From Antedon mediterranea (Eukaryota; Animalia; Echinodermata), in assembly GCF_964355755.1 (NCBI RefSeq), contig NC_092675.1, positions 27,004,912 through 27,068,911 of the forward strand: a DNA stretch of 64,000 nt. Direction: 5' to 3'. Of the stretch, positions 52,493 to 64,000 are shown piece after piece. The notes under the pieces were generated by a model. The model saw nothing but the letters and a program-made list of their open reading frames with translations, had not been told where the DNA came from and did not search any database. Position 1 is the first letter of the stretch. Every line of letters begins with the position of its first letter. The translations under genes were made by a program, and so were the position numbers.

Positions 52493-55400
52493 TTATTTAT
52501 TACGTTGAAGCCGATCATACGTAGAATCTTCTGGTGACGTATTTATTGATGTGTCCACAAAAGAGTACATGCCGTCATTTTGTGGTGAAGTATCTATGTC
52601 CAGCTTTCCATATTCATTGCCGAAGTCATTATTATGAGCTTCTTCATTGGCCGCACTGTAAATGTCACCATCGGGTTTTTCGTCAGTGTTTGTATCTGTT
52701 GTCGACTGCATGTTGGTAGAATTAGCGTAATAAGCTTCTGTTGTTGTGTTTTCATATGTTTTGTTCTCGTTATTATGCTTTTCCTTGCCCGAGTTCAGTT
52801 CGGCAGCATTTATGCAATCATACATCTCACCACCAGTCTGTAGTTCGTCTGTGTTTACATACGTTACGTCACCATTATTATCTGTTGCTTTATCCGGTGG
52901 CATGTCCGAAGCAGTTAACGAATCGTAAGCTTCGCTAGAATCTTCATCCTTGTGTTTCTTTTTATTTGGTACGGCATAGAGGGCCATTGCCACATTGTTT
53001 GGATTTGCTGGTGAGGACGTGGCTGCTTCCATGTCATGTTGGGTATGTTCTGTGCCTTTGAAAAGAGCAGCGTTCATTGGTGTTTCTGGTGGTGACGTTA
53101 TCTCGTCTGAGTGTGTGGGGATAAGTACTCCATCACCATATGAAAAACCTGCTAAAATAAACAACAAACATAAATAAAGGATATGATTGAAAAACTTATA
53201 AAAGCACGGTTGCTGTTTATCTAGGTTTCTGGCGAAGGCAAAGAAGGGACATATTCCAGGAAATATATCGGTAGAAAATTGTAACAATTTATCTTTAAAA
53301 AACTTAGAACATAAAGTATTAATAGACATAAAATAGCATAAAATGAAAAATAAAGGATATCAGACCTAACCATATTAGAAGAGAAAGTTACACCTTTCTA
53401 ACATTACTAACAAAATGTTACCCTGTGTATCAAACTTTACGCACCTTTATGTACCATCTGTCGTTTTTTCTTTTTCCGTCGAATGAGAAAGAAAGCAATG
53501 ATTACAATCAAGATTATAACCACGACTAATGGCACACAAATAGCAACCACTAAATTAGTACTTGATTGTTCAGATGCATTTGGTTGAGATATTATGTTAT
53601 TCGTTGATGAATCTGTATAGCCGCCTGTCGACGTTACTGATGACGTTTCCAGTAATTCTGACACGGAGGTTATTGCTGTGGCCGGTAGTGGGCATATTTC
53701 AGGAGATATATCTGTAGAAATTTCAAATATATTATATTTTCTCAGATGAAACTTGGAATTTAATTGCAAATGTATTAAAGATTTATATATGAAGATTATT
53801 TAAATCAGACTTTGAATAGGTTATTTTATAGTTTTCATAAACACAAAATAAAAAAAAATATGTTTTCACTTATAAAATAACATAATAAATGGTTAAATTC
53901 AACAAATAAATCATTGGTTGGAAGCCAATTTGAGTATTTCTTGCTTTAAATAAAGCTTTCCAGGTAAATTTTTTTTCAGATCTATACAAACAAAAAACTT
54001 TAAACAATTATTTTTTCATCTTTAAGAATAGCAGTTCAATAAAATTATGATCTAATGATATTAATAATGCTAAATCAAACAAATTCAATTAGGCCTACTA
54101 GATTCCATTTGTAAAAATAATTTATAAACGAAAGATCAAAGTATTATATCAAGTATACACCAAGCTATATACATTTCCACTGGACAACCGCCCGGTTTTA
54201 GAACATGAAAAACACACAAAATACTTAATATTAATGGCCAAAAGTAGATAGAAGAGAATCGACAATTCATTATTGTTTTTTTTATTATAATAATGATAAT
54301 AATAACTTTATTTGGATTAACGCTTTTACAACGCGGCACAAACCAAATGATAGTGTATCCTAAATATACAAATTAAAACATTATCAAAAGTACAATATAA
54401 AACAATACAATCAAAATAAACAAGAAAAATATAATATATTGAACATTTACAGTAAATAACGTAAAAGCTATGTCTTTTTAATATAACTTTTACAGAAATA
54501 TAAAAATATATCATACAGAAGATTAAATTTCGGGTCATTATTAAAGTAGTTAGAGTTGCCAAGAATTAAATTGAAAACTAAATCACCATGAATAAAAAAA
54601 GAGACCAATAATTAAACAAAACATTATGAGACCAAGGCACTTTCGAGATTAATAACTCTATTAAAACTATTAAACTAAACTGGCTCTGATAGCATTCAGA
54701 CATTTACACATAAACACGAAGTGAATTAGATCTTCAGATCCTTTATTACATAATGGACATGTGCTATCATTGTCCTGTTGCCATTTTGCAACTTTTCTAT
54801 TGAGAGGTAATGTATTTTTGAGGACTTGAATTCCAAACTTTATTATTTTATTATAAATACTGATTTTCTGCAGGCGTATTTGATTTCTATACGTCAACAA
54901 TATTTCAAATAATACTTTAAAAAATAATAACTTAATGCATAATATATATAGTTTCTGACTTGTTTTACTCTTTTTTGTACTGGACATTACCATCGGCATT
55001 TAATGAATACATCAAAACACACATTTTACAATGTCATTTTGATAAAAGTACTGACGGAACGGTTGTCACACAATATTATAATAATTTAGTTTTACAATTA
55101 CATTTTGATTGTCTGCAATCAATTTTATCACAGACAATCAAAATTTAATCGAAAATTCTTATATTGTTGCCACACTGTATTATTACAGGGAAGAGTTAAA
55201 TTACAATTACCAATACCAGGTTTGTTAATTTTTTTGCAACATCATTGATTCGAATAGACTATACGGGTGGCTTGTGCAAATTAGATTTCATTAAATAGGT
55301 ATAGTGTACTCAATGTAGTAAAATGCTGTCTATACTCACCAGTAGATTCACAGATAATGGTGTTTATCTCACCAGTTGTTGTGCAGTTGGTGTTTTCGCT

Positions 55401-57540
55401 TTTTTTGGTATTATAATGTAAAGTTCCATCATGCACATTGATTATTGCGCATCCCTTGTTGATATTTCTTTTGAGTCGTTCTGATTCTACATGGACATTA
55501 AACGTACTAATAGAATAGCTACTAAGAACATTTAAAACTTGATCTGTCAATTGATCATATTCCTCAACGCTATTTATAACCGTGATATTCCCGCCAACCA
55601 TTTCACATTCACGTTGGGCATCAATACACGATCTAGGTTTTTTGTCCACTTTTATAAATTTATAGCAGTTGGGGTTGCTGTATACGGGTCCGCCTGCAAA
55701 TAAATCAATTGTACTGATGACGAAATAGTGAATGTAAGAAAATAATTAGTATTCAATTTCACGATTAGAATGTCTTTTATGACTTGTTCTCAATCAGTCA
55801 TTACTGTTTTTGTTTTTACTTTTAAATATAAGTGAATTGAAACACATTTTGTCTATAAAATTATATCAATTCATATTTTTACTAATAACACGTTGTCTCA
55901 CTCATCATGATTTTATTATAATTTAAATATGAAACAATAACATTAATACTATACTAATACATTTAATATACTATTACTAGTAGGCTAAATATATTTAATA
56001 ATTACAAAGATAAAAGTAGATAGTAGTTAGACGTTCCTCATTGTTTTAATAATTATTTAGATCAATGATGGAACAATTGTTTAAATATTAATTATAATAT
56101 TAATTTGATTAAACACATCTATATCTTATATATAAAAGTCAAACTTGAATCCAATAATGGTGACAATTGTTTAACCTCTATTAAACTTCGGCCCGCGTCG
56201 TCCCTTTTTGTATTTCCATTCTCCATCTTCAGGGTATATCAGGTAGCAATGTATTGGGTGAAATAACACTAGAATAACAAATATATTGTTCATCGCTTGT
56301 TTTTATACATTCCGTGCTGTGAATACAATACTATACAGATATTGACTGCTTAGAGGTTAAATATAAGATTTGACATCCCCGAGGGAATGATATTAAGTTC
56401 GAGGGAATAGGGCCTATATATTTCCCGAAGCGCCAGCTGAGGGAAATATATATTCCACGAGAACTTAATATCATTCCCGAGGGGATGTCAAATCTTATAT
56501 TTAACCGATATAAAAGGCAATATCTGTTATATTATATAGCCAAGAACAAGTCTGCTGGGTTGGGTGAAGCTAGACTAGGCCTAGGCCTACTATAGTATTT
56601 GTATTGTTGTATTTAAACAAGCCTGCCTAGAAAGACACCTTACCTTGCGAAGAATAATATACAGATAATTACTAATTAATGATTCCTTGGCAATAAAATA
56701 TTCACTTAGGCCTAGGTCGTTTAAATTAACAGAAGAATTTCCATCAATAAGCCTATTAAAAATAATAATAATTATAATCAGGTAGGCCGAATAAACAATT
56801 CGTCTTCTTCTCGATCTTCTTCGAGGAGCCGAATCACCGGATGTTCAGCGCGTACTAGTTACTAGGTTACTACCGTGAGTATTGACCAATCACAAACGGT
56901 GTTTCATCACATTTAGGGTGGACTTATAACAAATGAGGGCGCTATGTATGCATAGTTTAAATAGTTTAGAAGATTAATTTCTTCAAGCAACTTTCGTGGC
57001 GCAACGGTTGAAGCGTTGTCTTGCGATGGAGTGACAATTCCACCCGAGTTCAAGATCGAGTTGATGACTTTTGTTTATTTATCGGCAATGCGAGTGTTGG
57101 CACACGAAAATTACACAGTCAATATCATCGTACTCGAGAATCTATATGTTTAATGACAGGGGACACGATAATTACGCGAAAATTACACAGTCAATATCAT
57201 CGTTCTCGAGGATATATACGATTTACGATCCTCGCAGCGGTAGTCATGTGATGCAGTTTCAACCAATCACGTTAGCGTATTTACATAGGCTATGTAATAT
57301 AACATATTATTCATATATTTACTGATAGATCTACCACTGGTGAAAAATAACATAGTGAATTCCGCCGTAGTCTATATAAAGTTATCACTGTATGCGATAG
57401 TTTGGTTTTATCATACTTATGTAAGGAACATGAACAATGAATACTTACTTAGGACATGATTGTTCAGCCTCTGCCATTTTCCATTTTAACATGCATATTA
57501 CTACTGAAACACATATTAGCCATTGTATAACCCTAAGCAT
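52493..57540 (-). CDS. Receptor D: recent duplicate of B with rearranged exon 2 (possible pseudogene or alternative start at 56293)
   Basis: Exons 57449-57540 (MLRVIQWLICVSVVICMLKWKMAEAEQSCP), ~56176-56293, 55340-55693 (CTLD-like), 53445-53711 (TM exon, protein identical to B) and 52493-53148 (tail). Exon 1 (phase 2) does not join exon 2 in frame at any visible AG, but ATG 56293 gives an open MNNIFVILVLFHPIHCYLIY. Confidence 0.65.
54285..55150 (-). mobile_element. LINE 3' fragment (duplicate) in a receptor D intron
   Basis: ORF 54670-54999 KNTLPLNRKVAKWQQDNDSTCPLCNKGSEDLIHFVFMCKC has the CxxC..E...H....C zinc knuckle typical of the non-LTR ORF2 C-terminus. Confidence 0.65.
56336..57303. mobile_element. 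Non-autonomous element with a long terminal hairpin and permuted termini (Crypton/tyrosine-recombinase-like)
   Basis: Absent from paralog B (~44160). It has a ~190-bp hairpin at 56336-56527. The internal caatatctgttatattatatagcc is the reverse complement of the joined right end + left end (ggctatgtaatataa|cagatattg). Confidence 0.55.
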
Positions 57541-59194
57541 AGTGGTGTTGCTTTCAGGGTCGATAAATGTATGGAATAACACGGAAATTACTATTTACCA
57601 CGAACTCAAACCATTGAAATAAAATATTCGTATTTGTACTTCCGGGTTTAAGATCATTTTTAGCCTGGGAAATGCAGTTTCATAGAAGTTTATGAATGGC
57701 AATTTTCACAAATATAATTGTTTATAGAATTGTTTTTAAACATTGATATATTTTTACTCTCTTCCTTATAATTCTAGCAAGTTGATTCCTTAACTTTGGG
57801 GTCTATGTTATAACCAGGCCTACTTGCTGACCCATATTGGTTAGTTTTAATGTTATTACAGTACGGTAGTTGTCTTTCGAGTATATATCATAATGTGCAT
57901 GAAAGTATGAAATATATTAAATAAGGAAATTAAAACATTTTTGAAGTTGTCCTTTATGGAACATAAGCTAAATATAATAATATCATTATGTAATAATTAT
58001 AATATATATTAGTTTAATGAGTCTACATGAAAAAAAATGCAGTAGGACAAACTTCGCTATTGCATCGAAGATTGAAAGCAATTTCAACAAGGCCATATAC
58101 ATGGGTGTAGTCGAGTGCACACATTTTAGTTAGTGTGTACCAACCAACCGACCGACCAACATAGTGAGCTGTAGAGTTTGCCATCAGACTAAATATTGGA
58201 TAGATTAGCTATATAATAATATAGGGCCTATCTACTGAAATATATTTGGAAAAATTCTTGCAAGGTATATTACTTACTTTGAATGCTTGTTCGTTATCCA
58301 TTTTCACCATTAACAAGTGGTCGCCAAATTGATTCCTTTGTTAAATTCTTGAATTGTTGGGTTTTATTTTTTATTTTGTTTATGTGTTGTTTCGCATTTT
58401 TAAATTTTTTTTTGTGGAGTGAGGCGCAAAGAAATGAAATTTTTTTTAAAACAGCTGGAAATATTTTATTTAAAAATTCAGTTTAAAAATTGATGTCATT
58501 GTCGTAAAATATAATTTGTTATTGTTATAACGTATTTTTCCAGTGTACTGCAATGTACTTAGTTACTCAATTACATTTAGATATAATATGATTTCTTTCC
58601 AGGATCATATTTATGTTTCAAGCGCTAGAGACCAAAGTTTATTCCTTCTATTAACTGTTTTCCTGTTTTGTGGAGGAATCCTTCGTTTTTCACAAACGCA
58701 TTTAGTCATGTTTTTAAGTAATGCATTTTAGTCAGCACATGTTAGTAGATTGTGTTGAATCGGTCCATTTTAGTCAACGTATTTTGTCGATGAAGATCAA
58801 TCTTCTTATTTCATGCCAGTTTCAAATGTATTTCCATTTTATATTACTATGAACAATAAAATAATATCAGTATCAGTATCAGTCGATGTAGAATGCATTT
58901 AGTTGATGCATTTTAATCATCATTTCAGTCAATGCATGTTTGTAGTAGTCGTTTTCATTTAATGCAGATTTAATCAATGTTGAGTATTAGTCGACAGTTA
59001 AAATCACATCTGTCCGAAAATGAATCATCGACAATTTCGAAAAACAAAATTGTAAATTCTATACAGTAAAATAAATAAACGCTTATATTTCATAGAAACT
59101 AGGTACGATGTGCCTCAATATATATTTTATTTAAACTTTTTCAGCTTATAGGCTTTCAAGCTTAGTAGCACCGAATAACATTATTTACGACTGT

Positions 59195-61430
59195 TAATGT
59201 ACTGCACCTTTTCTGTTATTGATTTTATAAATAATAATCATCGTCTGAACATTATTTACAAACTATTTTAGTCACCTCAATACTGCACCTTTTCTGTTAT
59301 TGATTTCATAAATAATAAGCATCGTCTGAACATTATTTACAGATTATTTTAGTCACCTCAATACTGCACTTTTCTGGTATTGATTTTATAAATAATAAGC
59401 ATCGTCTGAACTTTATTTACAGACTATTTTTAGCCACCTCAATACTGCATTTTCTCGGTTATTAATTTTATAAATAATAAGCATCGCCTGAACATTATTT
59501 ACAAACTATATTTAGCCACCTCAATACTGCACCTTTTCTGTTATTGATTTTATAAATAATAATAATCGTCTGGACATTATTTATAGACAATTTTTAGCCA
59601 CCTCAATACTGCATTTTCTCTATTATTAATTTTATAAATAATAATCATCGTCTGAACATTATTTACAGACTATTTTTAGCCACCTCAATACTGCATTTTC
59701 TCTGTTATTAATTTTATAAATAATAATCATCGTCTGAACATTATTTACAGACTATTTTTAGCCACCTCAATACTGCATTTTCTCTGTTATTAATTTCATA
59801 AATAATAATCATCGTCTGAACATTATTTACAGACTATTTTTAGCCACCTCAATACTGCATTTTCTCTGTTATTAATTTTATAAATAATAATCATCGTCTG
59901 AACATTATTTACAGACTATTTTTAGCCACCTCAATACTGCATTTTCTCTGTTATTAATTTTATAAATAATAAGCATAGCCTGAACATTATTTACAAACTA
60001 TATTTAGCCACCTCAATACTGCACCTTTTCTGTTATTGATTTTATAAATAATAATCATCGCCTGAACATTATTTACAGACTATGTTTAACCCCCTCAATA
60101 ATGCACTTTTCCTGTTATTAATTTTATAAATAATAAGCATCGTCTGAACATTATTTACAAATTATATTTAGCCACCTCAATACTGCACCTTTTCTGTTAT
60201 TAATTTTATAAATAATAATCATCGTCTGAACATTATTTACAGACTATTTTTAGCCACCTCAATACTGCATTTTCTCTGTTATTAATTTTATAAATAATAA
60301 GCATAGCCTGAACATTATTTACAAACTATATTTAGCCACCTCAATACTGCACCTTTTCTGTTATTGATTTTATAAATAATAATCATCGCCTGAACATTAT
60401 TTACAGACTATGTTTAACCCCCTCAATAATGCACTTTTCCTGTTATTAATTTTATAAATAATAAGCATCGTCTGAACATTATTTACAAATTATATTTAGC
60501 CACCTCAATACTGCACCTTTTCTGTTATTAATTTTATAAATAATAAGCATCGCCTGAACATTATTTACAAACTATATTTAGCCACCTCAATACTGCACCT
60601 TTTCTGTTATTGATTTTATAAATAATAATAATCGTCTGGACATTATTTATAGACAATTTTTAGCCACCTCAATACTGCATTTTCTCTATTATTAATTTTA
60701 TAAATAATAATCATCGTCTGAACATTATTTACAGACTATTTTTAGCCACCTCAATACTGCATTTTCTCTGTTATTAATTTTATAAATAATAATCATCGTC
60801 TGAACATTATTTACAGACTATTTTTAGCCACCTCAATACTGCATTTTCTCTGTTATTAATTTCATAAATAATAATCATCGTCTGAACATTATTTACAGAC
60901 TATTTTTAGCCACCTCAATACTGCATTTTCTCTGTTATTAATTTTATAAATAATAATCATCGTCTGAACATTATTTACAGACTATTTTTAGCCACCTCAA
61001 TACTGCATTTTCTCTGTTATTAATTTTATAAATAATAAGCATAGCCTGAACATTATTTACAAACTATATTTAGCCACCTCAATACTGCACCTTTTCTGTT
61101 ATTGATTTTATAAATAATAATCATCGCCTGAACATTATTTACAGACTATGTTTAACCCCCTCAATAATGCACTTTTCCTGTTATTAATTTTATAAATAAT
61201 AAGCATCGTCTGAACATTATTTACAAATTATATTTAGCCACCTCAATACTGCACCTTTTCTGTTATTAATTTTATATATAATAAGCATCGTCTGAACATT
61301 TCACAGACTGTTTTCAGCCACCTCAATACTGCACTTTTCTGTTATTAATTTTATAAATAATAAGCATCGCCTGAACATTTTACAGACTATTTTTAGCCAC
61401 CTCAACACTGTATTTTTCTGGTATTAATTA
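59195..61430. repeat. ~82-bp AT-rich satellite, ~27 copies with higher-order structure
   Basis: Unit gccacctcaatactgcattttctctgttattaattttataaataataatcatcgtctgaacattatttacagactatttta at 59679, 59761, 59843. Variant units recur at 328- and 1066-bp periods. Confidence 0.95.
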
Positions 61431-61813
61431 CATAAATATTAAATCATTTATATTTATTAATTGGCATAAATATTTTTGACATTTTATTAAAATTTAAAAA
61501 AGCAATAGAATAAACTAATTTTTTAAAGAATTAAATTAAAAATACTTGTCTCGTTAGGTCCCTAAATACACATAAATAAAATCACAAGCAAAAGAAACAT
61601 CAATATCATACGTATTATGTGTATGTTAATGTTACATTGCTCTTTGCACTTAATTACAATGAAAATTGATATAAATTAGTATAATTAAATTTTATATAAA
61701 ATACTTAGGATAGGGCCTATTCAGGTAACGATTTTGTAGCTAACATGCCACTAATGCATTTTATGATGAAATTTAGGCTTAGGACATACAGATAGTTAAT
61801 ATTTGCAACATCT

Positions 61814-61959
61814 TTATGAAATCAAACCATACACTTCATTTTTAACGACAGTATCATGGTACAATTCACTCTGGTCAATTGATGGAATAGCAGCACCATG
61901 CTTATATGAACCAGTCTGGAGTTTATCTTGTTTAATAGAGTTACCGTCAACCTTAGAAT
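61814..61959 (-). CDS. Receptor E: last exon of a C-type (short-tail) paralog; upstream exons presumably lie beyond the window
   Basis: 146-nt copy of the C last exon (DSKVDG..ELYHDTVVKNEVYGLIS*) with an intact acceptor and only two conservative changes (V>I, M>L). Confidence 0.5.
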
Positions 61960-63380
61960 CTACAAAGATAAAATTAACAAATTAAAATTGACCACCATAG
62001 TTGCTCATCTGTATAGTTTTGTAACCAAACCAACATGTGGCCAATCCGACCACATTTATGCGAGTAGTGAACATATCTTTATGGTCAATTGTATCTAGAT
62101 TTCTCATCATATGCATATTCGGTAATGCAGCATCCGTGTGTTTCACATGTATTGCCTAGTGTTTCTAGTCTGGGTGTGTGGGGATTAATGCTCCATTACC
62201 ATATGAAAATAAATTTAAAACAATGATACAAATCATAAGACGTTGCTGATGCTTATCTGGGATTATGTTGATTGCAAAGGGCATTATTCCAGAATATATA
62301 TCTGAAGAAAACATATAATTATTATTTATCTTTTTCATTTATTCATTTGGTCAAAAACAATTAGAAAATGTATGAGAACCAGATTTCAAGCAATCTATTA
62401 GAAATGGGAGTTTAAAACCTTAATTAAAAACAGATCAAAGATTAACATTCGAATACAGTTAGGCCAATTCAAAAATGCATACAATAATAACACGTTTATT
62501 TTTCGCGCCGCGGCTCTAGCCAGTTATGTCCCAGGAGGACACATTCATTAATAAGCTGTTTCATAGCGGTAGCTTTAGTATCTAAGACTGACAGTTTTGT
62601 GAATTTGGAAACTCGACTATAATTTATAGGTAGCTGCTGGACCCAAAAAACGTCTGGGAGAAGAGAGTCTATATGAAAGCCTTTGCTGATAATACAGTAT
62701 TATTGAGATGTAGACGGAAATCTGTAAAATATTGATCAATAAATAATAACTTCGTTTTTGCTGTCAACCAGGCCGGTATTATAATAAGTCACTGTCAAAT
62801 AATCATTCGATAATGGTCAAAACTTTATTTTGGCTCTGTCAACATAAAGGGAGGTATTTACAATGACTTTCTTTGACTTTCAATCTAGGCCAATGTTATA
62901 ATAATACGCCGTCAGATATTAAATCATTGAAACAGTCCTCGTAAATTTTTTGTTGGTTATCAGATGCCGTGGGGGGTCCAATCAATTATCGTCAGAAGGT
63001 GAACAATCAGTCTACAGCAGATTATTAGGAACGCCTGCTCCATTAATTAATCCAGAAAAAGGTTTGAACATTATCTATTTGTTTATTAGCCTTCTCCTAA
63101 CACAATTATATTTTCTTTAAAAAAAAAGGTTTTATAAGTGGTTTCAACATTTATGATAGTAATGTCACAGTTCTGTGTCTGGACGCAAGTTCATAGACCT
63201 ACTAGTTATATTATTCATATTAACTGATACTTACTCTTCATTTACCGTAAAGTTCAGTTTTAATGAAATATATAATATAAATTGGCTTCGTAACAATTAA
63301 TTAGTTTTGAAAAGGTTAGTTTTTTGGTGATAGGTGAAAATTACATGTAACTTCGTAAACAATTTATTTTTTGTGTATAA

Positions 63381-63706
63381 AGGCCCAATTACACTATGAC
63401 GATAACGACAGACGATAAATATATAGCATGCATTTTTTTTACATAAACCAAAAGAAATTAGAAAGGTTTTCGTTCTAAAAATAATGTTTTTCAAATTTCA
63501 ATCAAATGACGTCATGATAAATAAAAACAATAAAATCGCTGTATTGTCACGATATTATTGGTCTTACTAATCATGACGTCATTTGATTGGACGTGTGAAA
63601 ATATAATTTTCATCAAAGGAATTGTTTATATTTCTTTTGGTTTATGTATTAAAAATGCACATTTGTCTATTTATCGTCGATCGTTATTGTCCTAGTGTAT
63701 GGGCCT
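63381..63706. mobile_element. Palindromic MITE, Harbinger-like
   Basis: aggcccaattacactatgacgataacga..cgataaat / atttatcgtcgatcgttattgtcctagtgtatgggcct TIRs with TAA/TTA flanks. Confidence 0.7.
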
Positions 63707-64000
63707 TATGCTGTAAATGTTCAATTAATTGATCATTCCGATTTTATTAGTTTGACTCTTGCACAGTTGCTGTCTAATCGTTGTTGTGTAATATCATTTC
63801 GAACCATATTAAAATCATAAAGAGATTCATATTCCTTAACATGTGGCTGTGCATGGAAGTCTAGTCTACACAAACTCGGCCCCGGGCCTGAAAGTGTTGG
63901 TGAATTCATAATTATACTTAATATTATATATATAAACACAACAGGCATAGAAATAAATTCCAAACCGCCCGGTGATACACTGAAAATTATTTAATTAATT

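Larger units (their letters stand above)
49982..62500. repeat. Segmental duplication, copy 2
   Basis: Collinear with 35838-47300. It differs by insertions (56336-57303 element, 82-bp satellite expansion) and lacks the 36207-36758 element. Homology ends at ~62500. Confidence 0.9.

Noticed and set aside
63733-63963. 76-aa minus-strand ORF at the window end
   Set aside because: It has no recognisable motif and no similarity to the receptor exons, and it lies in a segment that departs from the paralog at ~62501 (probably an insertion).

Overview
AT-rich, intron-containing eukaryotic (metazoan) DNA. Gene content and abundant TAGGCCTA motifs suggest a marine invertebrate, possibly an echinoderm (inference only). 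From left to right the window holds: (1) a 3-exon secreted neurotrophin/NGF-like cystine-knot gene on + (13-1407) with an altered cysteine pattern; (2) an approximately 22-exon ADAMTS2/3/14-like metalloprotease on - (1951-15023) whose zinc motif reads QEIGHLLGLKHD instead of HExxHxxGxxH; (3) a divergently transcribed 13-exon EFCAB7 on + (17072-30517), with two satellites in one intron, one of which copies the splice acceptor about 18 times; (4) from 32 kb onward, a head-to-tail array of five paralogous type-I membrane receptor genes on - (A-D full length, E partial). Each receptor has a signal peptide, an atypical C-type-lectin-like domain (CTLD), an S/T stalk, a TM helix and a tyrosine-motif cytoplasmic tail, and two tail types occur. 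The array contains a recent duplication with an offset of about 13.4 kb, in which the lectin exon has diverged about 25% while the TM exon is identical in protein. This is the best candidate for an undescribed diversifying innate immune or allorecognition receptor system. Several MITE, Helentron-like, Crypton-like and LINE fragments and satellites are interspersed. All exon models were read by hand from GT-AG sites and frame phase, and family calls come from remembered consensus; no database searches were run.
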